A DNA stretch of 63,741 nucleotides, counting the filler, from Octopus bimaculoides (taxonomy: Eukaryota), in NCBI RefSeq assembly GCF_001194135.2. It is 7 parts of 6 records of this genome, joined end to end, with 100 filler letters (N's around TTAATTAATTAA, not from the genome) between each part and the next. Parts side by side here need not be neighbours in the genome. Positions count along the whole stretch, not along the records: positions 37,491 to 55,723 come from NC_068987.1; positions 55,824 to 60,748 come from NC_069010.1; 5 more parts are not named here. One strand, written 5' to 3'. The translations under genes and the position numbers were made by a program. The notes under the pieces were generated by a model. It did not search any database. It saw only the letters and a program-made list of their open reading frames with translations, and was not told where the DNA came from. Position 1 is the stretch's first letter. Each line of letters starts with the position of its first letter. Below are positions 49,117-60,590 of the stretch, in pieces.

Positions 49117-49774
49117 GTATGTATGGTAGTGGAACGTGGTCCAGGAAAGACGGTTCTGAAATCTATTGCTGAACAACCTGCACAAATGATTTATATATAG
49201 TAATAAAACGTTTCTGCGGTGCTTTAGGTCACTCCCTCCATAAAATCGACTTTGCCTGTACAGGTTTACGGTGTACCACACCTCAGGTGGCGAATTAATC
49301 ACAGAGCAACCTGAAATGAAGTGTTTTGTTCAAGAACACAATGGTTCGGAAATTGAAATCACGGTCTAGCAAGCTGAGTGCAACACCCTAACCACTAGGC
49401 TATGCGTCCTCATCCTTCGACATTAGTAAAGCACAATCACTACACGATACAAGAAAACATTATTGCACCTCTATGTCTACTGTAGGCAACTCAAATCCCC
49501 AAGGCTGCTACAAATACCAGGCGAGCATATGTTCTCGCCAAAGCCAAATTACAAAGACAGGCCTTCTACACCAGATCCATAAAATACTTCATTATCCAGT
49601 AACTAATCTTGAACATCCACCCTCGTTTTGTCACTGATTCTTTTTCTTCAGTGATCCCGAATAACACGGTACTCTCAGTAAACATGGATCAAAGTTAATA
49701 TCCCTGTTCAAGCCACAAACCATCAGCTCAAACATACAAACAAGTTAAAAGAGCAGAAGGTCTTTTACCTTTTT

Positions 49775-49952
49775 ATTTGTTTCAGTGATTGTACTGCCTT
49801 GAAAGGTTTAGTTGAACAAATTGACCCCAGCACATATTTTCAAGTCTGGTGCTTATTCTATCGATCAATTTTGCCAAACCGCTAATTTATGGGGACGTAA
49901 AACAATAGCATCGGTTGTCAAGCGCAGGTGGGGGACAAACAGAAACATAAAG

Positions 49953-49999
<47 letters not shown>

Positions 50000-50009
50000 N
50001 NNNNNNNNN

Positions 50010-50055
<46 letters not shown>

Positions 50056-50228
50056 TTATATACGATGGTCTTCCACAGAGTTTTCGTCTATGAATTTCAC
50101 TTAAAATCCATTGACCGGCCCTGGGGTTATAATAAAATATAGTTGTCAAACCAAAGATGTCGCACAGTGAGACTGAACCCGAAATCACACAGCTGCAAAG
50201 CGAGCTTGTTAACCATATAGCCATGCGT
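49775..50228 (-). mobile_element. SINE family A with an internal (TC)n tract
   Basis: Tail, 3' module, (CT)n plus gap, and head in reverse complement. Confidence 0.85.
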
Positions 50229-51370
50229 GCATTTCAGAGTAACAAGGCACTATGAAAAAATATCCCCAAGGCAGAAACAAGCCTAAATATCAACAAACTA
50301 AACTGGCAAATCTATTCGGTTGTATCGAGGGAAATCGAACGAGATTCAAGTGGTTTAAGACTCTCCTCAGGCAAAAACTAACATAGAATAATGTAAAGAG
50401 GAAATATACTTAATAAAATAAAAATAATTAAGCTTATTTTTGCTTCACGTATTGGTAAGGGAATGTTTTGTGAGAAAATAAATCAATCAGAAACGACCAA
50501 ATAATAAAAAAAAAATATGAATAATACCAGATAATCACAGTATTCTGTATGAAATGAATTACAAAAGAGTTAACTCTTTGCCAGTTCTAAGAGTCACTAG
50601 CGTCTCCCCACGCCATATCCTTGATATACCGTGGTAGTCACTAGTGACTCTTGATAGAGATGATTTTTTTTGTTTTTAATGGAATTTCAAATTACTGCGG
50701 TTTAAATAATATTCGAATTTTAGGATTTGCACAGAACACAAATATCAGAAGGGTGCATGTCACTGCCATCTCCATCATTGGATGCGCTGCTCTTCATAAA
50801 ATATTTTCGTGAAAAGGAAGTCTTCAAGGATAAAAAAAACGTGAAATATAATCTTCAAGGAAAGATCATAAATAAATGAAACAAAAATCCAAAATGGAGG
50901 TATAAAGGCCATTTTAACATTTTTTAATGTCTTTCACTAGTGAGTCTCGCGGTGCAGAATGAATATGCTATTCGTTCTGTACTGCGAGAGTCATGAGTGA
51001 TATACATAGTATAAATCATTGTGTTAGTTTTTATAGTGAACTAGAACATATATATGGCTAGAAAATTTTAAAAAGATAAATTAAAAAATCCCGCATAATT
51101 GATCACAAAATTAGACTGTTGGTGCGAAAGAAAATATGGTACAAAATGAGTAAGGGAGGCAAATTGTAAATCAAATGAAAAGTATTAAAACGATTATTAC
51201 TTTACTTAGTAAATTGGTATAAGAGCGGCTGGCTCACTGGGGACAGCTACTTGCAGTTTCTTTACTTTACTACATCAAAGTGAAAATAATAAGACAAAAT
51301 AAATGCAATCATAAAATAAAAACCATTTATGGTTCCTTAATCAATCACAGTAGTTTACATTCACAGAACG

Positions 51371-51501
<131 letters not shown>

Positions 51502-51634
51502 TACATTAATTTATTGCATGGGTATATTTCAGACTCTATAATGCTTAAGAGCATCTTTTGTGCAAAAATTATTTTACCGAGGACATCGCTTCAATGATGG
51601 AAATTACACTGACTTGCACTCTTCTTTTATCTAT

Positions 51635-52020
51635 ATTCATTCATCATTATCTGGTCGAGTCTGCTCCGACAATTTTAACCATCACACGCCATCCATCTCG
51701 GTCCTGCGTTAGATGAGGGAGGTTTTCAGCTATCCTTGTCTTTGGTGAGTTGATCTACATACGTTGTGTTCGGACGACCTGCTCGAGTATGGCAGTGGGT
51801 CACTTGTCAGCTCTTGTTTAGCTCACCAACAATGTCTCACAAAACACAAGTACTTCCGCCTTATAATGGTGAAAACAGGCAGGGGATCTCCATATAGCTG
51901 TTTCTTGGGGGGACGAGTTCTCAAAGATATGTTTAAGACTGTTATTAATATTCGGGTGTAAGTTCCATCTTGCTTGAATTCCAGTACTTTTCCTAATATT
52001 CAAGTAGTTCGAACCATAGT
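51635..52020 (-). mobile_element. RTE/RTE-X LINE RT 3' fragment
   Basis: VLEFKQDGTYTRILITVLNISLRTRPPKKQLYGDPLPVFTIIRRKYLCFVRHCW*AKQELTSD.../AGRPNTTYVDQLTKD.../QDRDGWRVMVK, then (ATGA)-like tail. Confidence 0.88.
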
Positions 52021-52727
52021 AATGTGAGGCTCAATTAATTAAAAAGAAAACCCCATCTCTGTTGAGTATCACCGGTGACTCCCCGGGTATATTAAGAACA
52101 TAGAGCGGTGAGTCAACCGTGACTCCCGTGGTAATTAAAGTGTTAATCAAAAGAGTAGTTCATTCATTCATTTATGTTTCTCATCTGGCACGCGAAGTAG
52201 TTAATGTTAAATGAAGGTGAATACGTAGTTTCGATTAATAATACAGGCAATCTAACACGATCTAAAACGCTAATTATTTTGAGAAAAAGTATTACTGCTT
52301 AAATTTCCTATTTTCCATCAGCACGCACCATTCAATCTTTCCTTCTTAAGATTCATCTATCGGACAAAGAAATAATTATTTCTTCTGCTCAAATAGTTCG
52401 TCATTTTCTAGAATTGTATCCAGTAACTTGTGCAATCAATTATCTTTAGAATAAAAGTTTCATTTCAAATTATGGCTTGACCTATAAGTGGTGTAATTAC
52501 TTGTTAACTTTTACATTTCTCATTGGTTTACTAATTTTGTATAAACGAAGAAATGTTACGTTGGGTATGTTATAATAATCGTATAATGGCTCCGGTTTGG
52601 TTGTTTGTCTTACAAGTATTTAAGGTCAAAGTTCATGTACATTTCATACTGATTAAATTTACCATTAACATTTTCAGTAAGATCGTGGTTGGACGATAGC
52701 TTTTGTTATTTAGAGCCAGTTAAAGGC

Positions 52728-52940
52728 AGTAATCCGGCAGAATCGTTAGCGCATCGGCCAAAATAGTAGGCAGCATTTCTTCCGGCACTCTAAGTTCCGA
52801 GTTCAAATTCTTCCGCAGTCAACTTTGCTTTTCAACCCTTCAGGGTCGACAAAGCAAGCACCAGGTGAGCAATAGGATGAATATACTCGACAACCCACCT
52901 CCCTATAGAATTGCTGGCTTTGTGCCGAAATTTGAAACCG
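52728..52940 (+). mobile_element. SINE family B
   Basis: aaggcagtaatccggcagaatcgttagcgc...gagttcaaattc...cccttcagggtcgac. Confidence 0.85.
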
Positions 52941-53044
52941 CTGTCAAGAGGCGTTTAGACTGGCCAACAAAGACGTTCCAACCGTGGCTAATCCAACATT
53001 TTCTATGTCGAGGACGACATGCTTCAATGTGTCTTTCATCTTTT

Positions 53045-53451
53045 TATAGCTTACTTGTTTCAGTTGTTAGACTGCGGCCACGATGGAGCACAGCTTGGAA
53101 GCATTTTAGTCGAATAAGTCGACTCTAGTACTCATTTCTTAAAGCCTGATTTTTACTCTACCGGTCACTTTTATTAAAAAAAAAAACTAAGGTACAGGGA
53201 CGGAAATACGCCAGTACCGGTTGAAAAGCTATGGTGGGGAAAACACAGACACAAATACATGCACACAAAGACATACACACAAAGACACATACAAAGATAT
53301 AAATATATATGACGGGCTTCTTTCAGTTTCTATCTACCAAATTCACTCACAAGGCTTTGGTCGGCCTGAGGCCATAGTAGAAGACACTTGCCGAAGGCTT
53401 CCCGCAGTGGGACTGAACTCAAACCATGTGGTCGAGAAGCAAGCTTCTTAC

Positions 53452-53499
<48 letters not shown>

Positions 53500-53570
53500 A
53501 CTGAGGGACTGAACTCGGAACTATGTAGTTGGTAAGCAAGCTACTTACCACACAGCCACTCCTGCGCCTA
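53045..53570 (-). mobile_element. SINE family A with a duplicated head separated by (AG)n
   Basis: Head at 53570-53500, (CT)n, second head and body at 53455-53045. Confidence 0.88.
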
Positions 53571-53793
53571 TTAGTATCGATAATATATTAAGTGTTAAAT
53601 ATCCTTTATATTTCTCTCTACAAAAGTTGACCTTGTATTTGTGAAAGAATGGCATTGTTATGGAAGAGATGTCTTTTACTAGAGGTAATGAAGAAATATT
53701 ACACTGTTGTTTTGTTAGTTCACAATCACATGACTAACGCTAGTTTATACACAGAAACACACACACACACACACATTCATATTCTACTCTTAA

Positions 53794-54176
53794 CCCTTTG
53801 CCTGCCCAAAGCATTTTTATCAGTTTATCTTAAACGTCCATGCTTGTTTTCAGACTTTTAGTTTGCTCATACTTAATACATCCTGAGTAATATAAAGCTT
53901 TCCTTTCCAAATAATGCTTTCCATTAGTCCCAAGTTACCCGGGTGGTTTTAAAAAAATGGTAATGTGTATCACAGTCACTGCCTATCTCACTCATGGGTA
54001 CTCTCTGAATGGTACGTCGAACGAAAAATTATCTCGACTCTTCGCCTGACGATAAACCATGTTTCATGCCGTCCGCTTCTCGAAAAATGGCTGTTCTCGC
54101 CTGATCATAAATAACACATGAACACCAGAGAAATATGTCCTCTGTGTTACATGCGACACACCAGACAGGCAAAGAG
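53794..54176. mobile_element. piggyBac MITE (383 bp)
   Basis: TTAA|CCCTTTGCCTGCC ... GACAGGCAAAGAG|TTAA. Confidence 0.88.
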
Positions 54177-54623
54177 TTAAAAATGCTGATCTACATAATT
54201 AAAGAATCTGAAATATCTTGGGATAGATCGAATTAATTTTAGAATGAAGCTAATCAGGTCAGATTTCCGTCAAATAATTGACATGAAAATCGATTTTTGA
54301 GGACTAAATGTAGTTTAAGAAGCAGAAATATAAGTAGGTTAATGTCTCAGCGAGAAAATTTTAATGAAGACAAAATTATAGATTTTTAAACATGTTCCTG
54401 TAGTTGAGTTTGTTGCTGTTGTTGTTGTTGTTTTTGCAGTTGTTGTTGTTTTTGCTGTTGTTGTTGTTATTGATTAGCAATGCAAAATGGATTATAAATA
54501 AACCATGAAGAAATCTGATGTCAACGGATAAAACAGCAACTTTCTGTCGTGTCGAGAGAAATTTTTGTTACTAATTTATATTTATTTGTCGGCGTCTTAT
54601 TAACTATACATATATATGAACGT

Positions 54624-54660
<37 letters not shown>

Positions 54661-55354
54661 CTTATATATGCATGTATATACGTATCTATATACGCATACA
54701 CACATATATGTACATATATATATATATATATATATATANNNNNNNNNNNNNNNNNNNNNNNNNNNNNNNNNNNNNNNNNNNNNNNNNNNNNNNNNNNNNN
54801 NNNNNNNNNNNNNNNNNNNNNNNNNNNNNNNNNNNNNNNNNNNNNNNNNNNNNNNNNNNNNNNNNNNTATTCATATATGCATATTTGTGTGTATATGTGC
54901 ATATGCAGTATAGTTGTATGGATGTGAGTGACTGCATGCGTGTGCATGCATATGTGTCTATACGTGTACAAATGAGCAATTCTGACTATTTTAAAAGCTA
55001 CTTTAGTACATGCAATTCGGAACTTACTCTACTTTTATAAATTTAGCCACTTAGAGTCATATCAACAATCTGAATGTAACACTTGTCTTGCCGAGAGCTG
55101 TTGTCCAGAAACATTTCGGCTCCTTAAAGAAATAGGAAGTCTTACGCTCCAAACCAAATAACTGCACGCCTGTAGAGAACTATTTGACTCGCTAAAAACT
55201 GCAGCTTAACTTTCTTCCCATCACAGACAACTTTCTAATAAAATGGAGGATACACTGATTAATGTAATTCTAAATTGTGATAGAAAAATGGTGGGATGGT
55301 CATAACTGATTAGCTTTCATTACAGGTCTTTTCGATCAGAGCTGATGCAGGTTA

Positions 55355-55580
55355 CTCTTTTTCTCTTTTACTCTTTTACTTGTTTCAGTCATTTGACTGC
55401 GGCCATGCTGGAGTACCCCATTTAGTCGAGCAAATTAACCCCAGGACTTATTCTTTGTAAGCTTACTACTTATTCTATCGGTCTCTTTTGCCGAACCACT
55501 AAGTTACGGGGACATAAACACACCAGCATCGGTTGTCAAGCGATGTTGGGGGACAAACACAGACACAGAAACACATACAA
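55355..55580 (-). mobile_element. SINE family A, 3' half, young
   Basis: Near-consensus reverse complement with tail ttttactcttttacttgtttcagtc. Confidence 0.92.
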
Positions 55581-55687
55581 ACATACTGTGCTTCATCTGT
55601 CTGCTGTCTGTCTGTTTGTCAATCTAGCTGTCTGTGTTATACTTTTATTCTTAATATGCTCTCTACAAAAATTATTAAGTAACCATT

Positions 55688-55723
<36 letters not shown>

Positions 55724-55823
55724 NNNNNNNNNNNNNNNNNNNNNNNNNNNNNNNNNNNNNNNNNNNNTTAATTAATTAANNNNNNNNNNNNNNNNNNNNN
55801 NNNNNNNNNNNNNNNNNNNNNNN

Positions 55824-55928
55824 ATATATATTACTATATATATATTACTATATATATATATATATTACTATATATTACTATATATATATATATATATATT
55901 ACTATATATTACTATATATATATATATA
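55824..55928. repeat. (TA)n interrupted by TTAC, minisatellite-like
   Basis: atatatattact units. Confidence 0.9.
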
Positions 55929-55998
55929 AATGGCGGTGCCCCAGCATGGCCACAGCTCATGAGCTGAAACTAGATAAAATGAAAAATAAAATGAAAAA

Positions 55999-56030
<32 letters not shown>

Positions 56031-56032
<2 letters not shown>

Positions 56033-56131
56033 AGACCCCTTCGGTCATGACTGACCATGGGATTGCACCTAGGAAGTTACCCTCTCAGGGACAAGTCTGG
56101 GCAAGGTTGTTTATGGAAGACCAGCAGTCAC
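56031..56131 (+). mobile_element. RTE 5'-UTR-like repeat fragment
   Basis: Homologous to 33588-33775. Confidence 0.7.
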
Positions 56132-56236
56132 CTGCTGGTCAGATAGATAGATAGATAGATAGATAAGATAGATGGATGGATGGATGGATGAAGGGAGGCG
56201 GGAGGGATACATACACACACTCACACACACAAAAGT

Positions 56237-57541
56237 CTAGTGCAGTGAGAACACATGGGAATGACATTTCCTTACTTTTTCAAATATACCCAAATTTAAA
56301 ATGATCTAACATAACGATGTCATTCATTCAACATGTGTTGAAATATGCCAAAACAATTTAATTCCACACAAATATGTTACTTTACATATAATTTATGTGT
56401 TAATTCTATTTACTGAAATTTGTTAAAAAACATATTTTATTTTAAAGTAGTATCACCTTATAGACACAATTTCCAGTAATCGTACTGTTTCCATTTCTCT
56501 CGGCCAATATTCTTACATTAGCCTTCTTTCAAACTCTAGATAATGCAACATAGAGCTGACCACGTGAGAAGAATTGTGTTGAAAGATATATTCCAATTTG
56601 TTCAAAAGTCTGTCCCTGTGCCTTGTTACATGTCAAGGCAAAAGCTGGCTTGACAGGAAATTGTCTGCATGTAAATGTAAATGAAAATTCCATTTCTTGA
56701 GACACATGTGGTATTCTTGGGATTAGCAGAATTGATCCTACCTAAGGACCAGAAGCAACCTCAGCCTCAATAACATGATCATGTCAACTGACAATGATGT
56801 AGTGTGTGCCATTGCAATGTCCATTAGTAGCATCTAAATTTCTCAGAAGCATTATGCATCGTTTTTTCTTCAGTTTGAATGTGTGAATGTGTGGTGGAAA
56901 CCCTGATGGTGTAAGTTTGTTGATGAACTTGATTGAGTACAGGGCTGCATTATCAACTGTATCTGAGCTTCTGTATATTTTTAGCTCACCAGGGATCCTG
57001 GTCAACAGAAAATCATTCATAAATTGAGCTGCTTCGTTTGTTGGAGTAACGATGGTTCTATTTGCATGCTACACGGTTCGTGAAGTTATTTTTTAGATCT
57101 GAAAGAGAGCCACTTTCAAGGCAAGAATCATTGGGTAGTTTGATTTTGAATTCACCTAGGCTTCGTTCAGCAGAAATGTTACCGTTTCCTACATCAAGAA
57201 GGTAATCAGCAAACTCTCTTTCATCAGAATGACCTTCTGTAAGATGTCTTAGATTGGTTGTCGACTCCACTACTTTCGCATAATCGCAAAAAAAAAAGAT
57301 CTCTTTAGTCTTGCATCAACAATTTGTGATCTGATACAATTATTCTGAAGTAGAATATTCTCCTCTCGAGATACCCTAACCAGTCAGTCATGTGTAGCAG
57401 AAACGGAATCATGTCTACGTTTCTGTGCATATTCAGGTTTCTATTTCAGTCGTATTGTCTTGGTTTCATCTGATTCAGTTGCCCGTCTTTCTTTCTGCCT
57501 TTGTGCCTTTGCTGCTAAATTTTCTTTTTCAGTCACATCTG
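56237..57541 (-). mobile_element. Helitron, internally deleted
   Basis: Rep-Hel N-terminal charged repeat joined to a Pif1 helicase C-terminus; putative 3' end cccatgtgttctcactgcaCTAG (decayed hairpin plus CTAG) at 56237. Confidence 0.85.
56442..57345 (-). pseudogene. Helitron Pif1-type helicase C-terminal half
   Basis: TTNLR...FADYLLDVGNG...IVTPTNEAA..MN...YRSSD...LTPSGFPPH...KKKRCIMLLRNLDATNGHCNGT...LIPRI...RQFPVKPAFALTCNKAQGQTFEQIGIYL...FSRGQLYVALSRV*...CVYKVILL*. Confidence 0.95.
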
Positions 57542-57806
57542 TATATATAAATGAAAGCTCGTTAAAAACTATCTTGTTTAGCATGCTAGAAATAGCAGCG
57601 ATCACATAGTCATTATTATAAGGCTTACCAACAAAATCACTTCTTCATTTAGAAAACAAAAATTATACCGGTATATCAAAGAATTTTCATTTTATCAAAA
57701 ATATTCATTTAACAAACTCTGGAAACTGCTAATATTCTTGAAATTTTGCCTTATATCAAAGTTATACAGCTATTTTCTGTAAACAGGAAATGAAAAAAAC
57801 CATATA

Positions 57807-57975
57807 GGCGCAGGAGTGGCTGTGTGGTAAGTAGCTCGCTTACCAAACACATGGTTCCGGGTTCATTCCCACTGCGTGGCACCTTGGGCAAGTGTCTTCT
57901 ACTATAGCCTTGGGCCGACCAAAGCCTTGTGAATGGATTTGGTAGACGGAAACTGAAAGAAGCCCGTCGTATATA
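57807..57975 (+). mobile_element. SINE family A, 5' half, young
   Basis: ggcgcaggagtggctgtgtggtaagtagctcgcttacc...ctgaaagaagcccgtcgt. Confidence 0.93.
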
Positions 57976-59268
57976 TGTATATCATCATCATCATCACCGT
58001 NNNNNNNNNNNNNNNNNNNNNNNNNNNNNNNNNNNNNNNNNNNNNNNNNNNNNNNNNNNNNNNNNNNNNNNNNNNNNNNNNNNNNNNNNNNNNNNNNNNN
58101 NNNNNNNNNNNNNNNNNNNNNNNNNNNNNNNNNNNNNNNNNNNNNNNNNNNNNNNNNNNNNNNNNNNNNNNNNNNNNNNNNNNNNNNNNNNNNNNNNNNN
58201 NNNNNNNNNNNNNNNNNNNNNNNNNNNNNNNNNNNNNNNNNNNNNNNNNNNNNNNNNNNNNNNNNNNNNNNNNNNNNNNNNNNNNNNNNNNNNNNNNNNN
58301 NNNNNNNNNNNNNNNNNNNNNNNNNNNNNNNNNNNNNNNNNNNNNNNNNNNNNNNNNNNNNNNNNNNNNNNNNNNNNNNNNNNNNNNNNNNNNNNNNNNN
58401 NNNNNNNNNNNNNNNNNNNNNNNNNNNNNNNNNNNNNNNNNNNNNNNNNNNNNNNNNNNNNNNNNNNNNNNNNNNNNNNNNNNNNNNNNNNNNNNNNNNN
58501 NNNNNNNNNNNNNNNNNNNNNNNNNNNNNNNNNNNNNNNNNNNNNNNNNNNNNNNNNNNNNNNNNNNNNNNNNNNNNNNNNNNNNNNNNNNNNNNNNNNN
58601 NNNNNNNNNNNNNNNNNNNNNNNNNNNNNNNNNNNNNNNNNNNNNNNNNNNNNNNNNNNNNNNNNNNNNNNNNNNNNNNNNNNNNNNNNNNNNNNNNNNN
58701 NNNNNNNNNNNNNNNNNNNNNNNNNNNNNNNNNNNNNNNNNNNNNNNNNNNNNNNNNNNNNNNNNNNNNNNNNNNNNNNNNNNNNNNNNNNNNNNNNNNN
58801 NNNNNNNNNNNNNNNNNNNNNNNNNNNNNNNNNNNNNNNNNNNNNNNNNNNNNNNNNNNNNNNNNNNNNNNNNNNNNNNNNNNNNNNNNNNNNNNNNNNN
58901 NNNNNNNNNNNNNNNNNNNNNNNNNNNNNNNNNNNNNNNNNNNNNNNNNNAAAGAGAGTATATAAAAAACTATCTTGTTTAGCGTGCTAGAAATAGCAGC
59001 GATCACATAGTTATTATCGTAAGGCTTATAGCGTTCCAAGTAGCCATACCAACAAAATCACTTCTTCGTTTAAAAAAAAAAAATTATGCCGGTGTATTAA
59101 AAATTTTTTATTTTATCAAACATATTCATTTAACAAACTCTGGAAGCTGATAATATTCTGTACAATTTTAATATCACAGATCCCTATGGATCACACAAGT
59201 TGTAATCCTTTGAAACATATGTAGGAATAAAGTATGCAATTATAACATGCGTTTTCTCCATTCCTTAA

Positions 59269-59307
<39 letters not shown>

Positions 59308-59428
59308 CATACATACGCATAAGTATTTATATACTATATATACATACACATATATGTATTTATACATATCATATATATACACCTTTATATTATACAAAAA
59401 TTGATAAAAGAAGAGGGAATGAACAAGC

Positions 59429-59434
59429 TTTATT
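59429..59434 (-). terminator. Candidate polyadenylation signal (AATAAA) for the ACAD transcript
   Basis: TTTATT on + about 600 nt past the stop; first clear AATAAA seen on the minus strand downstream of the stop. Confidence 0.35.
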
Positions 59435-59679
59435 CACAAATCCTAACAATTGTTTCTTTGCATTGGTAACAGCTGTTAGTTGCTGACTTTTTCATATCAT
59501 ACTACTACCTGATGACATGCAGGTACATGATTATTGCTGACTCATATTTATTTATCTAATATTTTACATAATAATATGCTTTGATAGCACCATACAGAAA
59601 CTTTGATATGCACATTATGCAGTTATTATCCAAATGATATTGTATGTATATATATGATTGACCGTTGACTGAACACTAT

Positions 59680-59850
59680 TCAATTTTTTTTCCTCCGTGT
59701 TTTTCTCCTTGTCTCCGTATTCTTTCTGTTGAAGAGCGTAGCTCGAAACGTCAAAGACTTTCCGTATTCCCGAGCGTCATACTAATATATACTTTTGTTA
59801 TTTACACCACCTGTCCTCGTCTGTTGTTATTATTTGTATATTCTCCCATA
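59680..59850 (+). mobile_element. Penelope-like terminal repeat P1, copy 2
   Basis: Colinear with 48700-48880; ends in (TA)n; carries a hammerhead-like motif. Confidence 0.78.
59721..59757 (+). ncRNA. Minimal type-I hammerhead-like motif with a CUGUUGA core
   Basis: TCTTT-CTGTTGA-A-GAGC gta GCTC-GAAAC-GTC-AAAGA: helix I 5 bp, helix II 4 bp, palindromic ACGU helix III, GUC site. Confidence 0.7.
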
Positions 59851-60028
59851 TATATACATATATATATATAGAGAGACATAATGAATATATATAATATATA
59901 TGTATATATATATACACACACAGTTGTATTCATACATTTTCACACACATAGATATATATACACACGCACATTGATAAGTGCTATGCAAGTTTTCCCGTTG
60001 TTACAGAGATGGCAGTCACCGGTTCCAA

Positions 60029-60169
60029 TCACCGATATTTCTTGCGTTCAAGTTTAGCAACGGTCTGCAAGTGAACTTCATCTGGTCCATCAGCGAGACG
60101 GAGGATTCTTGCCCAGGCATACATGGAAGCGAGAGGTAAGTCAGAATTGAGTCCTGCACCACCATGGAT
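60029..60169 (-). CDS. ACAD10: Acyl-CoA dehydrogenase family member 10/11, terminal exon
   Basis: Strong acceptor ttctttgtttttcattgtctttag|, phase 0, [46 protein letters not shown]. The HGGAG..D.PLA...[13 protein letters not shown] motif is diagnostic; GL.SD.PLA and W-A-R favour ACAD10 over ACAD11. Confidence 0.93.
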   Translation of the reverse strand: MHGGAGLNSDLPLASMYAWARILRLADGPDEVHLQTVAKLERKKYR

Positions 60170-60284
60170 CTAAAGACAATGAAAAACAAAGAATTAGTCA
60201 GGGCACAAAAACAACAGAAACAAATAGACATTTCCCATGCTAGAAATAGCAGCCAAAGCTTCCCTCAATCACACCCTAACCACA

Positions 60285-60430
60285 GTCTTTTACTTGTTTT
60301 AGTCATTTGACTGTGGCCATGCTGGAGATGAAAAATTGACCCCAGGACTTATATTTTTTTTAAACCTAGTACTTACTGTCAGTCTCTTTTGCTGAAACGC
60401 TAAGTTACAGGGACATAAAGACACCAACAC
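60285..60430 (-). mobile_element. SINE family A, 3' fragment
   Basis: ttttacttgttttagtcatttgactgtggccatgctgg. Confidence 0.8.
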
Positions 60431-60431
60431 A

Positions 60432-60590
60432 GTTCAGTTCTATATTTAAGATATGAGGAATTATGTACATTATTTACAATTGATGGATATTTGTCCTCAT
60501 CTTGTTTGTTGTTAACACAACGTTTCGGCTGATATACCCTCCAGCCTTCATCAGGTGTCTTGGGGAAATTTCAAACCTGGGTTCTCATTC
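60432..60590 (-). mobile_element. Penelope-like terminal repeat P2
   Basis: Carries a canonical minimal hammerhead; abuts a (CA)n microsatellite. Confidence 0.75.
60514..60559 (-). ncRNA. Minimal type-I hammerhead ribozyme, canonical core
   Basis: GACAC-CTGATGA-A-GGCTG gagggtatat CAGCC-GAAAC-GTT-GTGTT: helix I 5 bp (one G-U), helix II 5 bp, palindromic helix III, predicted cut between 60519 and 60518. Confidence 0.85.

Noticed and set aside
49015-49200. Resemblance of PPKIFPWGHSNGVSLD to cytochrome c1 or COX6A motifs
   Set aside because: Only a few residues match and the flanking sequence lacks the expected conserved context; no gene name assigned.
57807-57880. tRNA genes
   Set aside because: A/B-box heads continue straight into SINE bodies and no complete cloverleaf is evident; they are tRNA-derived SINE heads.
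60007-60135. Apparent plus-strand 129-nt exon (ttacag|...|gtaagt) with open frame [16 protein letters not shown]...
   Set aside because: It is the in-register antisense shadow of the ACAD exon, and its GTAAGT is the reverse complement of the Asp-Leu-Pro codons. It is phase-compatible with 39721-39782, so stranded RNA-seq could revive it, but the minus-strand reading explains the sequence fully.
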